Below are positions 55,955 to 63,993 of a stretch of DNA of 64,000 nt, in pieces. Each line of letters opens with the position of its first letter. Within the stretch, counting starts at the first letter, position 1. Both the position numbers and the translations under genes were made by a program. The notes beneath the pieces were generated by a model. It did not search any database, was not told where the DNA came from, and worked only from the letters and a program-made list of their open reading frames with translations. Origin of the DNA: a virus; the IMG/VR virus record IMGVR_UViG_3300008117_000001; one strand, given 5' to 3'.

Positions 55955-56767
55955 ATGATTTATCCATACATTAAACACGTTGTCCCAACTGCATTAAAGG
56001 CGCATAAGAATGGTCAGCTTCCTGAAAATCTGCTAGCTAATGTTAAGACTGGTGGACGGATGTATGCACCTGTAGCTGAAGAGTTCAATAAGATGTACGA
56101 CGCTGCAATGGCTGCTGGTTTTAAGCTTCGCAATGTTGGAGATTATCGTTCATTTAAGAGTCAGTTGGATATGTTTCTTTCTCGCTACTCCACAACAGAT
56201 CAGGGTCGTAGCCCACAGGTAACCCGTCAATATGAAGGTAAGACCTGGTATTTAAAGCCGGGTAATGCTCCGTCAGCTGCACCAGATCCCACTGGAGTCA
56301 AGGGCTCAAATCATGGTTGGGGTACAGCCATAGATCTTGGTTACGAGGCTAATGGGAAACTACAGTCAATGGGCGGAGCCTGCTTCGAGTGGATGTGTGC
56401 AAATGCTCCTAAGTGGGGCTTTTATCTTCAAACATCAGATAAGAACTCAAAAGAATTCGAAGCTTGGCACTGGCAGTACTGCCTAGGGGACGCTAAGCCA
56501 GATGGTTCAGCAGCAGCTCCAGTTGAAGCCATTGTTCCTTCCGGTGGATCAGTTGAGGCTGGCCCTATGGTATTCAATTATCCTGGAACACCAGTTAAGT
56601 TAGGCTCAAAAGGCGCAGCTGCTGCTTTAGTTCAGGGTGTTATCGGCGCTAAGACCGATGGCGACTTTGGTCCTAAGTCTGTTGAAGCCCTTAAAAAATG
56701 GCAAGCAGCAAATGGTTTAAAGGCTGACGGTGTTGTTGGTCCGGTGACATGGGATAAAATGTTCTGA
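55955..56767 (+). CDS. Endolysin: M15 (VanY-like) peptidase + C-terminal peptidoglycan-binding domain
   Basis: YRSF..Q, SNHGWGTAIDL and EAWHWQY; C-terminal DGDFGPKSVEALKKWQAANGLKADGVVGPVTW. Confidence 0.88.
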   Translation: MIYPYIKHVVPTALKAHKNGQLPENLLANVKTGGRMYAPVAEEFNKMYDAAMAAGFKLRNVGDYRSFKSQLDMFLSRYSTTDQGRSPQVTRQYEGKTWYLKPGNAPSAAPDPTGVKGSNHGWGTAIDLGYEANGKLQSMGGACFEWMCANAPKWGFYLQTSDKNSKEFEAWHWQYCLGDAKPDGSAAAPVEAIVPSGGSVEAGPMVFNYPGTPVKLGSKGAAAALVQGVIGAKTDGDFGPKSVEALKKWQAANGLKADGVVGPVTWDKMF

Positions 56768-56958
56768 TGAAAAAAATAATACTTGTATTAACTGCAATTG
56801 TCGGAGCTTTTTGCATGGGTCTTTTAAGTGGTTGTAACGATTCGTATCGTTACCCATGTCAGGATCCAGCTAATTGGGAGAGTGCGGATTGTAAGCCACC
56901 TATTTGTGAAGCTTCTGGAACATGTCCAGAGGATATTTATGGGAGTATACCAGAATGA
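56767..56958 (+). CDS. Small Cys-rich lipoprotein
   Basis: Signal peptide with LLSGC lipobox, then RYPCQDP..W...DCKPPICEASGTC; overlaps the endolysin stop. Confidence 0.7.
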   Translation: MKKIILVLTAIVGAFCMGLLSGCNDSYRYPCQDPANWESADCKPPICEASGTCPEDIYGSIPE

Positions 56959-57260
56959 GTAATGTAAAAAAAAGATATACAAACAGTGAAATTAAAGCTA
57001 GAATGGTCTTCTTTGTAGGTGCAACTTTAGCTTTTACCTTTGCAGTCATAGTTGTTGGCGTTATGTATGCGCTTGTATTTGTGACTCAACCAATTGATCA
57101 GCAGTCGCCAAATGACAAGGCCTTTATTGATTCCCTATTAGTTCCAATCGTTCTATTCCTTTCCGGATGTCTTTCCGGCGTGCTTGCAGCTAATGGCCTA
57201 AAGGACAAAGAGAAGTCAAGCGGTAGCGGCTATGGAGTATATGATCAGGATCAAGAGTAA
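56955..57260 (+). CDS. Two-TM membrane protein (lysis-cassette associated)
   Basis: MVFFVGATLAFTFAVIVVGVMYALVFV and LLVPIVLFLSGCLSGVLA; ATGA overlap with the lipoprotein gene. Confidence 0.7.
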   Translation: MSNVKKRYTNSEIKARMVFFVGATLAFTFAVIVVGVMYALVFVTQPIDQQSPNDKAFIDSLLVPIVLFLSGCLSGVLAANGLKDKEKSSGSGYGVYDQDQE

Positions 57261-57436
57261 TGGCACAAAGAAGAAATGTAGCAAAAAATCCTAAGCTATG
57301 GAGTCAAGCTAAATCTATGGCTAGATCAAAGTTTGATGTTTACCCTTCTGCCTATGCTAACGCATGGGCGGTAAAATGGTATAAGTCCAAGGGTGGAGCA
57401 TGGAGAACGACATCTGCACCTAAAAAGAAAAAGTGA
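57260..57436 (+). CDS. Small basic protein (58 aa, not in ORF track)
   Basis: TAATG overlap; NPKLWSQAKS.ARSKFDVYPSAYANAWAVKWYKSKGG.W...PKKKK. Confidence 0.7.
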   Translation: MAQRRNVAKNPKLWSQAKSMARSKFDVYPSAYANAWAVKWYKSKGGAWRTTSAPKKKK

Positions 57437-57442
57437 TATACT

Positions 57443-57721
57443 ATGGCTGGACCAAAAGGTGTTGGTTTAACTAAATGGTTTAATCAGAAATGGGTTAACA
57501 TTGGTGCTCCAAAAAAGAATGGCAAGTGGCAGCCTTGTGGAACGTCTGGCAAAGGTGGCGGTTATGCAAAGTGCCTTCCTGTCGCCAAAGCCAATTCACT
57601 ATCCTCTTCTCAGCGGAGAAGTGCGGTTCAAAGAAAAAGGTCTCAAGGCACTCCTTCGAAAGGTGTTAAAGGGCAAGCTCCAAAAAATGTTGCTACCTTT
57701 AAAAAGAAAAAGAAAAAATAA
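57443..57721 (+). CDS. Small basic protein
   Basis: GLTKWFNQKWVNIG.PKK.GKWQPCG...KCLP...LSSSQRRSAVQRKR...FKKKKKK. Confidence 0.7.
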   Translation: MAGPKGVGLTKWFNQKWVNIGAPKKNGKWQPCGTSGKGGGYAKCLPVAKANSLSSSQRRSAVQRKRSQGTPSKGVKGQAPKNVATFKKKKKK

Positions 57722-57927
57722 TGGATGAAGTTTTTTCTGGCTTTATGCCAGCAATAAAAAATATTGAAATTACTGGTCAGACACCAATGATAACTGGAGA
57801 TGGATCATTAATTAATGGGCACATAGTAAAGATAACTTTGGGCGACGACAAAGAAATAATACTTTCGCTCATGGAGGATCAGCTTCAAAAATTGTTTTTT
57901 GTTATATTGAAAGTGTTAAACGCATAA
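57721..57927 (+). CDS. Hypothetical protein
   Basis: TAATG overlap, 68 aa. Confidence 0.5.
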   Translation: MDEVFSGFMPAIKNIEITGQTPMITGDGSLINGHIVKITLGDDKEIILSLMEDQLQKLFFVILKVLNA

Positions 57928-57938
57928 TTACTTATTAT

Positions 57939-57980
57939 AATGGTGGCACGATGTGACAGTATGAGCATCGTGCCACCATT
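57939..57980. repeat. Perfect 15-bp inverted repeat (terminator or operator)
   Basis: AATGGTGGCACGATG-12nt-CATCGTGCCACCATT, intergenic, with a weak T tail. Confidence 0.75.
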
Positions 57981-57982
57981 TG

Positions 57983-57991
57983 TGTTATAAT
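57983..57991 (+). promoter_or_regulatory. Extended -10 promoter (TGnTATAAT)
   Basis: TGTTATAAT immediately downstream of the inverted repeat and upstream of the exonuclease. Confidence 0.45.
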
Positions 57992-58047
57992 GTATAAGTA
58001 TATGTAGTATTCAACCGATGTTACTCAAATAAAGAGACGGTGCTATT

Positions 58048-58806
58048 ATGGCAAAAATTTTATATTATGATATAGAAACAGCTCCAAACTTAAGTTATGT
58101 TTGGGGTCACTTTGAACAAAATGTTATTGAGCACGACAGAGAATGGTATCTGCTATGCGTTTCCTATAGATGGGAAGGCGACAGTAAGACACAGGTGTGT
58201 TCTTTAATTGATTTTCCTGACGCATATAAAAAAGATCCAGAAAATGACTTCTTTGTTGCCAAGAAGCTATGGGAATTAATAGATGAAGCCGATATTGTTA
58301 TTGCTCATAATGGCGATAGATTTGATATGCGCAAAGCAAACGCTAGATTTGTTTACCACAATCTTGGTCCAACATCTCCAGTTAAACAAATTGATACCTT
58401 AAAAGTTGCTAGAAGATATTTCATGTTTAATAGCAATAAGTTAGATCACCTTGGTCAGCACTTGGGTGTTGGAAGAAAAGTTGATACGGGCGGCTTTGAA
58501 ACATGGGCCGGATGTATGCGTGGTGATTTGAAAGCCTGGAAACTAATGACCAAGTATGCAAAGCAGGATGTCGATTTGTTACGTAAAGTTTATATGAAGC
58601 TAAGACCTTGGATGACTAATCATCCAAATCTCAACGTTTATTCTGGCGAATGCAGTTGTCCGACATGTGGGTCAGACGACCTCCAGCGTAGAGGTCAACG
58701 CTATACTCAAATAGGAACCTATCAACAGTGGTTCTGTAACTCATGTGGAGCATGGAGCAGAACTAGATTGTTAGAAGATGTAGAGCGCCCAGGCATAGTT
58801 CCCTGA
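58048..58806 (+). CDS. RNase H-fold DEDD 3'-5' exonuclease with C-terminal Zn ribbon
   Basis: ILYYDIETAP, IAHNGDRFD, IDTLKVAR, SNKLDHL and YAKQDV; CPTCG...FCNSCG. Confidence 0.85.
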   Translation: MAKILYYDIETAPNLSYVWGHFEQNVIEHDREWYLLCVSYRWEGDSKTQVCSLIDFPDAYKKDPENDFFVAKKLWELIDEADIVIAHNGDRFDMRKANARFVYHNLGPTSPVKQIDTLKVARRYFMFNSNKLDHLGQHLGVGRKVDTGGFETWAGCMRGDLKAWKLMTKYAKQDVDLLRKVYMKLRPWMTNHPNLNVYSGECSCPTCGSDDLQRRGQRYTQIGTYQQWFCNSCGAWSRTRLLEDVERPGIVP

Positions 58807-58814
58807 TATATTTA

Positions 58815-58905
58815 GGAGAGGTGCCAGAGCACGGTTGAATGGAACATCCTGCTAAGATGTCGACACCCTTAAAAGTGTCCGTGGGTTCAAATCCCACCCT
58901 CTCCG
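58815..58905 (+). tRNA. trnS: tRNA-Ser (anticodon GCT), long variable arm, CCA not encoded
   Basis: Acceptor GGAGAGG/CCTCTCC + G discriminator; anticodon arm ACATC-ctGCTaa-GATGT; variable arm GACAC/GTGTC; T arm GTGGG-TTCAAAT-CCCAC. Confidence 0.92.
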
Positions 58906-58932
58906 CAAAATGTTTTTGTAAAAAGGAAAGAT

Positions 58933-59673
58933 ATGAATAATCCAGAAGTGTCAGTTGTATTAACTAGCTATAATAAGCCAAGCTATTTAGAAAAAGCAAT
59001 ACATTCAGTCATTCAGCAAACCTACGATAATATTCATTTAATTATTGCAGAAGACAATTCCCCAAACACAAAAGTCATGGATGTAATTCGTGATGTTGTT
59101 GATAATTATCGTGGAGATAAAAGAATAACATTCTTTAATTCATTTATCAAAGAGCAAGATAGGTTAAATACCGCCAGATATGCTACTCAGATAAACACCG
59201 CAGTTCGTTTATATTCAAGATCAAAATACATTTGCTATTTGGCGGACGATGACTTTTATTATCCTGAGATGATTGAGAAAATGGTTTTTTCAGCGGAAAA
59301 AAATAAACATGATGTTGTCTTCTGCGCACAACACATCCTAGATGCAGATGGCAATATTGATGGCTGGGGATTAGATGGTAGAGGCGTTAGATGGTTTAGT
59401 TCACCTTTGGAAAGAGGCGCTGATAAGTTAGACCATAATCAAGTCATGACAACTAGAAGAGTGTTTGATTTAGTAGACGGATGGGACGATCACCCGCACG
59501 CCTGGTCCGGCGCTGATGCATACTTCTTTGATAGAATAGAAAAAAATGGATTCTTATTTCATCCAATAGATTATGATAAACCTTTGCAGGGGAAAGTTTA
59601 TAGGGAAAAGTCAGTGCAGTGGAACTGCACAAACGGTTTCATGCCGACAATGGGAGAAGATAGAAATGTCTAA
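58933..59673 (+). CDS. GT2 glycosyltransferase (SpsA-like)
   Basis: VSVVLTSYNKPSYLEKAIHSVIQQTY..IHLIIAEDNS, YICYLADDDFYYP and ADAYFF. Confidence 0.88.
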   Translation: MNNPEVSVVLTSYNKPSYLEKAIHSVIQQTYDNIHLIIAEDNSPNTKVMDVIRDVVDNYRGDKRITFFNSFIKEQDRLNTARYATQINTAVRLYSRSKYICYLADDDFYYPEMIEKMVFSAEKNKHDVVFCAQHILDADGNIDGWGLDGRGVRWFSSPLERGADKLDHNQVMTTRRVFDLVDGWDDHPHAWSGADAYFFDRIEKNGFLFHPIDYDKPLQGKVYREKSVQWNCTNGFMPTMGEDRNV

Positions 59674-60541
59674 TGTATGGGCAGTTGGAATGGCAAGAGA
59701 TGAGGGTGATATCATATATCACACCATGATTCATCTCGCTGCAAATAAAGTAAACGGAATTATTATTGCAGATAATTTATCCAAAGATAATACCTGGGAA
59801 CAAATGAATCTAGCCAAGGAGCACATACAATCGCATGGATGCGATACTCAAGTTGTTCTTTTAAAAGATGATGTTGTCGGATATACTCAAAGTGAAAAGA
59901 TGACCGCTCTAGCGCAAAGAGCTAGAGAAAATGGTGCACAGTGGATTATTCCTTTTGATATAGATGAAATTTGGTTTTCGCCAAATCAAACTCTTTCTGA
60001 TGCCTTCAGTCAACTAGATGCCGAAAACGTTGACGTATATAGAACGTTATACACAAATCATTCCGTAACAGAATATGACACCCCAGGGAAATCGCCATTT
60101 CATTCAATGCAATATAAATGGGATCTCCCAACAAACCATAAGAGCTGCTTTAGGTTTAGAAAAAACGATGCTTTTGTCAAGATTTCAAATGGAAATCATT
60201 TTGTTCAACATAACGGTGGGAATATTGGCGCTAATGTCAACGTTTACATTGACGATTATGGTCATGATCGGATTGTTTTTGGTCCACAGATTCTTGCCAT
60301 TAGACATTTCCAGTGGAGATCTCTTGATCATTTTATTAAAAAAGTGACGAATGCCTATGAAGCGTGTAAAGCTCTTCCTAGCAATCATGATTTATATAAA
60401 GGTGCTGCATGGTGGCAAGAGTTTGAAGAATTCGAAGCAAATGGCGTACCTGGCTTAGAAAAAATGTATTACAAAAATATTTTAGTACAGGGAGATTTGG
60501 GCAGATTGATACATGACCCAGCCCCAATAATGGAGTTGTGA
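59666..60541 (+). CDS. GT2 glycosyltransferase (Glyco_tranf_2_4-like)
   Basis: MARDEGDII, IIIADNLSKDNT, WIIPFDIDEIW and IRHFQWRS. Start taken as the ATG at 59666. Confidence 0.82.
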   Translation: MSNVWAVGMARDEGDIIYHTMIHLAANKVNGIIIADNLSKDNTWEQMNLAKEHIQSHGCDTQVVLLKDDVVGYTQSEKMTALAQRARENGAQWIIPFDIDEIWFSPNQTLSDAFSQLDAENVDVYRTLYTNHSVTEYDTPGKSPFHSMQYKWDLPTNHKSCFRFRKNDAFVKISNGNHFVQHNGGNIGANVNVYIDDYGHDRIVFGPQILAIRHFQWRSLDHFIKKVTNAYEACKALPSNHDLYKGAAWWQEFEEFEANGVPGLEKMYYKNILVQGDLGRLIHDPAPIMEL

Positions 60542-61197
60542 TGAATAAAGTTTCTTTGATAATAATAACTGACGGCAGACAAGCATGTATTTCTGAAACA
60601 ATACCGTCCATGCGTAAAAATTTAAACTATAATTTTTATGAGAAAATAATAATTAATGATTCAGCAGATCTTAGATATCATCAATATTTAATGTCTAATT
60701 ATCCAGATTTTCGTATAGTTTCACATGAAACTAGAAGAGGTTTGGCTGGAGCAGTACAGTCAGCATGGACTTCCGTTTCTCGTGATTCAGATTATATTTT
60801 TCATTTAGAAGATGACTTCTTGTTTAATCAGGAAATCAGTATTGAAAATCTTATATCACTTCTTGAATCTAATCCTAATCTTGTTCAAATGGCTTTGGTG
60901 CGCGCTCCGGTTAATCCGCCCGAAGAAGAGGTGGGCGGATTTGTCTTTCAACACTTAGAAGACTACACTCAAAAGGATGGCTTTTTTGAACATGGTAGAT
61001 TGTTTACTTTAAATCCTTGTTTGTATCCAATGTCTACCGTAAGAATGGGGTGGCCAGATCATGGTGGCGAATCTGAATTCACTTCAAAAGTTCACTCGTT
61101 AAATGACAGTTATAGATTTGGTTTTTATGGAGAAATATATGATAAGCCATATGTGACGCATATTGGTGGAAGAAGAAGTGAAGGATGGTTCCTATAA
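60538..61197 (+). CDS. GT2-like glycosyltransferase
   Basis: IIINDSAD, RRGLAGAVQSAW, YIFHLEDDFLF, FTLNPCLY and HIGGRRS. Confidence 0.78.
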   Translation: MMNKVSLIIITDGRQACISETIPSMRKNLNYNFYEKIIINDSADLRYHQYLMSNYPDFRIVSHETRRGLAGAVQSAWTSVSRDSDYIFHLEDDFLFNQEISIENLISLLESNPNLVQMALVRAPVNPPEEEVGGFVFQHLEDYTQKDGFFEHGRLFTLNPCLYPMSTVRMGWPDHGGESEFTSKVHSLNDSYRFGFYGEIYDKPYVTHIGGRRSEGWFL

Positions 61198-61908
61198 ATG
61201 CAAAAAGAAATTATAGTAAATAAAAATAATATTTCCTTTAAAGTAGAAGACAGCAAAGAGCTCCATCAAGATGTTGGTTATAATTTTTGGTCAGAAAAAT
61301 ATTCTTCTTGGGAGAATAGCACTTTTCAAGTATTAGATAAGTATTTATCAAAAGATAAAGATTATTTAGATATAGGCTCATGGGTTGGACCAACGGCAAT
61401 CTACGCTTCATTTCTAAGCAGAAGAGTATTTGCCGTAGAGCCAGACCCTACCGCCTATAAGATCCTGCAAAAAAATATTTCCTTAAACTCAATTACCAAT
61501 ATAATTCACTTTAACGCCGCTGCTTCAAATTTACAAACAGCTTACCTCAAACCAAATAGGTTCTTTGGAGATTCAATGACAAGAGTCTCAGAGAATGCAT
61601 CTTCGGGTATTGCTGTTAAAGCAATGGGTCTAGATGAGTTAATTTCGCTTGGAGATTTTTCTTTAATAAAAATTGATATTGAGGGACACGAGTTTCAACT
61701 AATCAAAGAATACATAAAAGTTTTAAACCAAGCAAAGATACCATTATTTTTATCTCTGCACACTCCCTTTTTTAATAATGGCGAATCCTTACTTAAAGAA
61801 CTCACGCAAAATCTTGCTAATACAAAACAGGTATTTGATGAGCAGGGTAGAAAAATAAGCTTAGAACAAATAGACAGTAGTTTTGGAAGTTATTTATTTT
61901 TGTGGTAG
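61198..61908 (+). CDS. FkbM-family SAM-dependent methyltransferase
   Basis: YLDIGSWVGPT, VFAVEPDP, FNAAAS and LIKIDIEGHE. Confidence 0.88.
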   Translation: MQKEIIVNKNNISFKVEDSKELHQDVGYNFWSEKYSSWENSTFQVLDKYLSKDKDYLDIGSWVGPTAIYASFLSRRVFAVEPDPTAYKILQKNISLNSITNIIHFNAAASNLQTAYLKPNRFFGDSMTRVSENASSGIAVKAMGLDELISLGDFSLIKIDIEGHEFQLIKEYIKVLNQAKIPLFLSLHTPFFNNGESLLKELTQNLANTKQVFDEQGRKISLEQIDSSFGSYLFLW

Positions 61909-61912
61909 TTTT

Positions 61913-62551
61913 ATGGATTTAATAATCATTGGAGCGGGCGGACATGCTGTTGACCTGACCTATCTATCTGAAAATGATAAATATATTAAATGGAACATTA
62001 TAGGTTATCTAGATGATGATCCGGTAAATAGGTATAGCGACAAGACGATAGGGCCGGTTTCATCGCTGAGCGTTTATTTAAATAAATATAAAAATTTAAA
62101 ATATTGTATTGCCATTAACTCCTCAATAATAAGAAAAAAAATAGACTTACTCTATGGAGACGATGAAAAGTCAGCTAATTTGATCCATGAGACAGCTTTA
62201 ATAGGTAGCGAGTGCTCATATGGTAATGGCATTACTATGGGGCCATATTCTTTATTAACAACAAATGTTAAGATAGGCAAGCATGTCCATATTAATTCTG
62301 CAGCGTCGATTAATCAATCTAGCTTTATAGGAGACTACTGCACGGTAAGTCCCGGCGTTAGGGTTTGTGGGGATGTTAAAGTTGGCGACACCACTTCTAT
62401 AGGGGCTGGCGCAGTGATTATTAATTTCAAATCAATAGGAAGAGAATGTACACTGGGCGCTGGCACTGTAGTCATAGATAATATAAGCGATCATACAACT
62501 GTAGTCGGAGTGCCCGGTAGGGAAATAAAGAAGTTTGGCGAATATATTTAA
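61913..62551 (+). CDS. NeuD/PglB-type sugar O-/N-acetyltransferase (hexapeptide repeat)
   Basis: LIIIGAGGHA, IIGYLDDD, IAI...IRKKI, LIHETALIG, left-handed beta-helix hexapeptides and VVGVPGR. Confidence 0.88.
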   Translation: MDLIIIGAGGHAVDLTYLSENDKYIKWNIIGYLDDDPVNRYSDKTIGPVSSLSVYLNKYKNLKYCIAINSSIIRKKIDLLYGDDEKSANLIHETALIGSECSYGNGITMGPYSLLTTNVKIGKHVHINSAASINQSSFIGDYCTVSPGVRVCGDVKVGDTTSIGAGAVIINFKSIGRECTLGAGTVVIDNISDHTTVVGVPGREIKKFGEYI

Positions 62552-62561
62552 GCTAGATTAG

Positions 62562-62569
62562 TTACTATA
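62562..62569 (+). promoter_or_regulatory. Candidate late-promoter motif TTACTATA
   Basis: Intergenic, 39 nt before ATG 62601. Confidence 0.6.
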
Positions 62570-62600
62570 TTGTTGTTAAATATTATGTAAGGAGTAAGTC

Positions 62601-62804
62601 ATGGCCGGAAAAAAACCCGCAAAGAAAAATGTATCCAATACACCCGTAGCTACTTTAAAAGTAGAGCAACCAGGTAAGCCAGTATTATATGTCGGATTAA
62701 AAGGTGTTTCCTTTACTTGTCCAACATGTAGTCGTCAACTCCAGCGAGGTATGGTTTACGAGCATAATAATCAAAAATTTTGTTCAAGAAATTGTATCAA
62801 GTAA
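62601..62804 (+). CDS. Small basic zinc-finger protein
   Basis: TAAGGAG RBS; CPTC...FCSRNC. Confidence 0.65.
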   Translation: MAGKKPAKKNVSNTPVATLKVEQPGKPVLYVGLKGVSFTCPTCSRQLQRGMVYEHNNQKFCSRNCIK

Positions 62805-62813
62805 TATATAGCA

Positions 62814-63983
62814 ATGTTTTTCCCTGCGCAAGAGTTTGAGCCAGAGTATGTACCAAAAGTTGGACTAACGCCATTTGAAGTTTCAAAAACAGTTTCCCAT
62901 AAAGGTACTCCAATATTTCAATTGACAGATACAGCCGATATGGCTAGTGATGATTTATTGAAATATCTTTCAGGATTAGATCCAAGAATTCTTGAGAATA
63001 TGCCACAAGAAGTAATGGATGAGATTAATTCTGGGAATATAAGCCATATTTTTCAAACTGATCCATCTACATCTCAAAAATATTTAGACATGACTCCTTC
63101 TGAGCAAAAAGCTCTTGAAGGCAAAGGGTCCATATACCTCAGAACAAAAGAGGGAAGAACAGCTAGATTTAAGCTTCCAGAAATATCTGACGGAGATGCT
63201 GGATGGAATGCCAATAAGGGTAATTCCATTTTTATGGATCAAACAATTTATGATACTACAGAAAATACAAGAAGCTTATCTGCAGCTGAAGCGCTTAAAA
63301 AAAATGTTCAAAGAGGAGAAAGGGCTGCAGAAACTGTAGATGAAAAAATATTAAGATCTAATGTAGTCGAAGAGATTTTATCTGGTTCAAAAACTTTAAC
63401 TGGCGCTGGCTCAGGAGTTGCCGTCCCTACCGCTACAGTGACTACTGGACCTACACCCGGAGCAGTTCCTCCAACACCTACGGTAACAACTGGGCCTACG
63501 CCCGGAGCAGTTCCTCCAACACCTACGGTAACAACTGGGCCTACGCCCGGAGCATTTCCTCCAACACCTACGGTAACAACTGGGCCAACTCCACCTAAGA
63601 AACCAATTGGCAGACCTGTTATATCAGCTAATACTACTGCTCCAACACCAACTGCTGCTGGAGCTCAGCAAACAGCACAAGCTACAACTCAATCAGGAAA
63701 TGCAACCCCACCACCAAAGGCTACAATACATTCCAATGCTCCAACGCCACCAAGGCCGTCTAGTGGTGCACCGGCAAAAGCACCTGGGAAAATGAGAGCA
63801 TTAGCTGATGATGTTTCTGCAGCAGTGACCAAAGGTCCAAACGGTGCCAGAAATTTAAAGATGCTCGGCATAGCTGGTGCCCTTGGTGTAGCTGGTTTTG
63901 GTTTATCTCGTGGCACTCGTTCTGTTCAAGACGAAAATGAAACAAATAAAAGATTAGAAATGCAGCGCAGAGGAATTATATAG
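62814..63983 (+). CDS. Pro/Thr-rich repeat protein with C-terminal Gly/Ala hydrophobic segment (possible virion/internal protein)
   Basis: (V/F)PPTPTVTTGPTPGA repeats; C-terminal LGIAGALGVAGFGLS. Confidence 0.6.
   Translation: MFFPAQEFEPEYVPKVGLTPFEVSKTVSHKGTPIFQLTDTADMASDDLLKYLSGLDPRILENMPQEVMDEINSGNISHIFQTDPSTSQKYLDMTPSEQKALEGKGSIYLRTKEGRTARFKLPEISDGDAGWNANKGNSIFMDQTIYDTTENTRSLSAAEALKKNVQRGERAAETVDEKILRSNVVEEILSGSKTLTGAGSGVAVPTATVTTGPTPGAVPPTPTVTTGPTPGAVPPTPTVTTGPTPGAFPPTPTVTTGPTPPKKPIGRPVISANTTAPTPTAAGAQQTAQATTQSGNATPPPKATIHSNAPTPPRPSSGAPAKAPGKMRALADDVSAAVTKGPNGARNLKMLGIAGALGVAGFGLSRGTRSVQDENETNKRLEMQRRGII
63423..63596 (+). repeat. Coding tandem repeat, 45-bp unit (about 3.8 copies)
   Basis: CCTCCAACACCTACGGTAACAACTGGGCC starts at 63468, 63513 and 63558, with a degenerate copy from 63423. 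Confidence 0.9.
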
Positions 63984-63993
63984 TATAATATCG

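Noticed and set aside
63423-63596. 45-bp direct repeats as a CRISPR array
   Set aside because: The units are contiguous with no unique spacers, are in frame within a CDS, and no cas operon is present.
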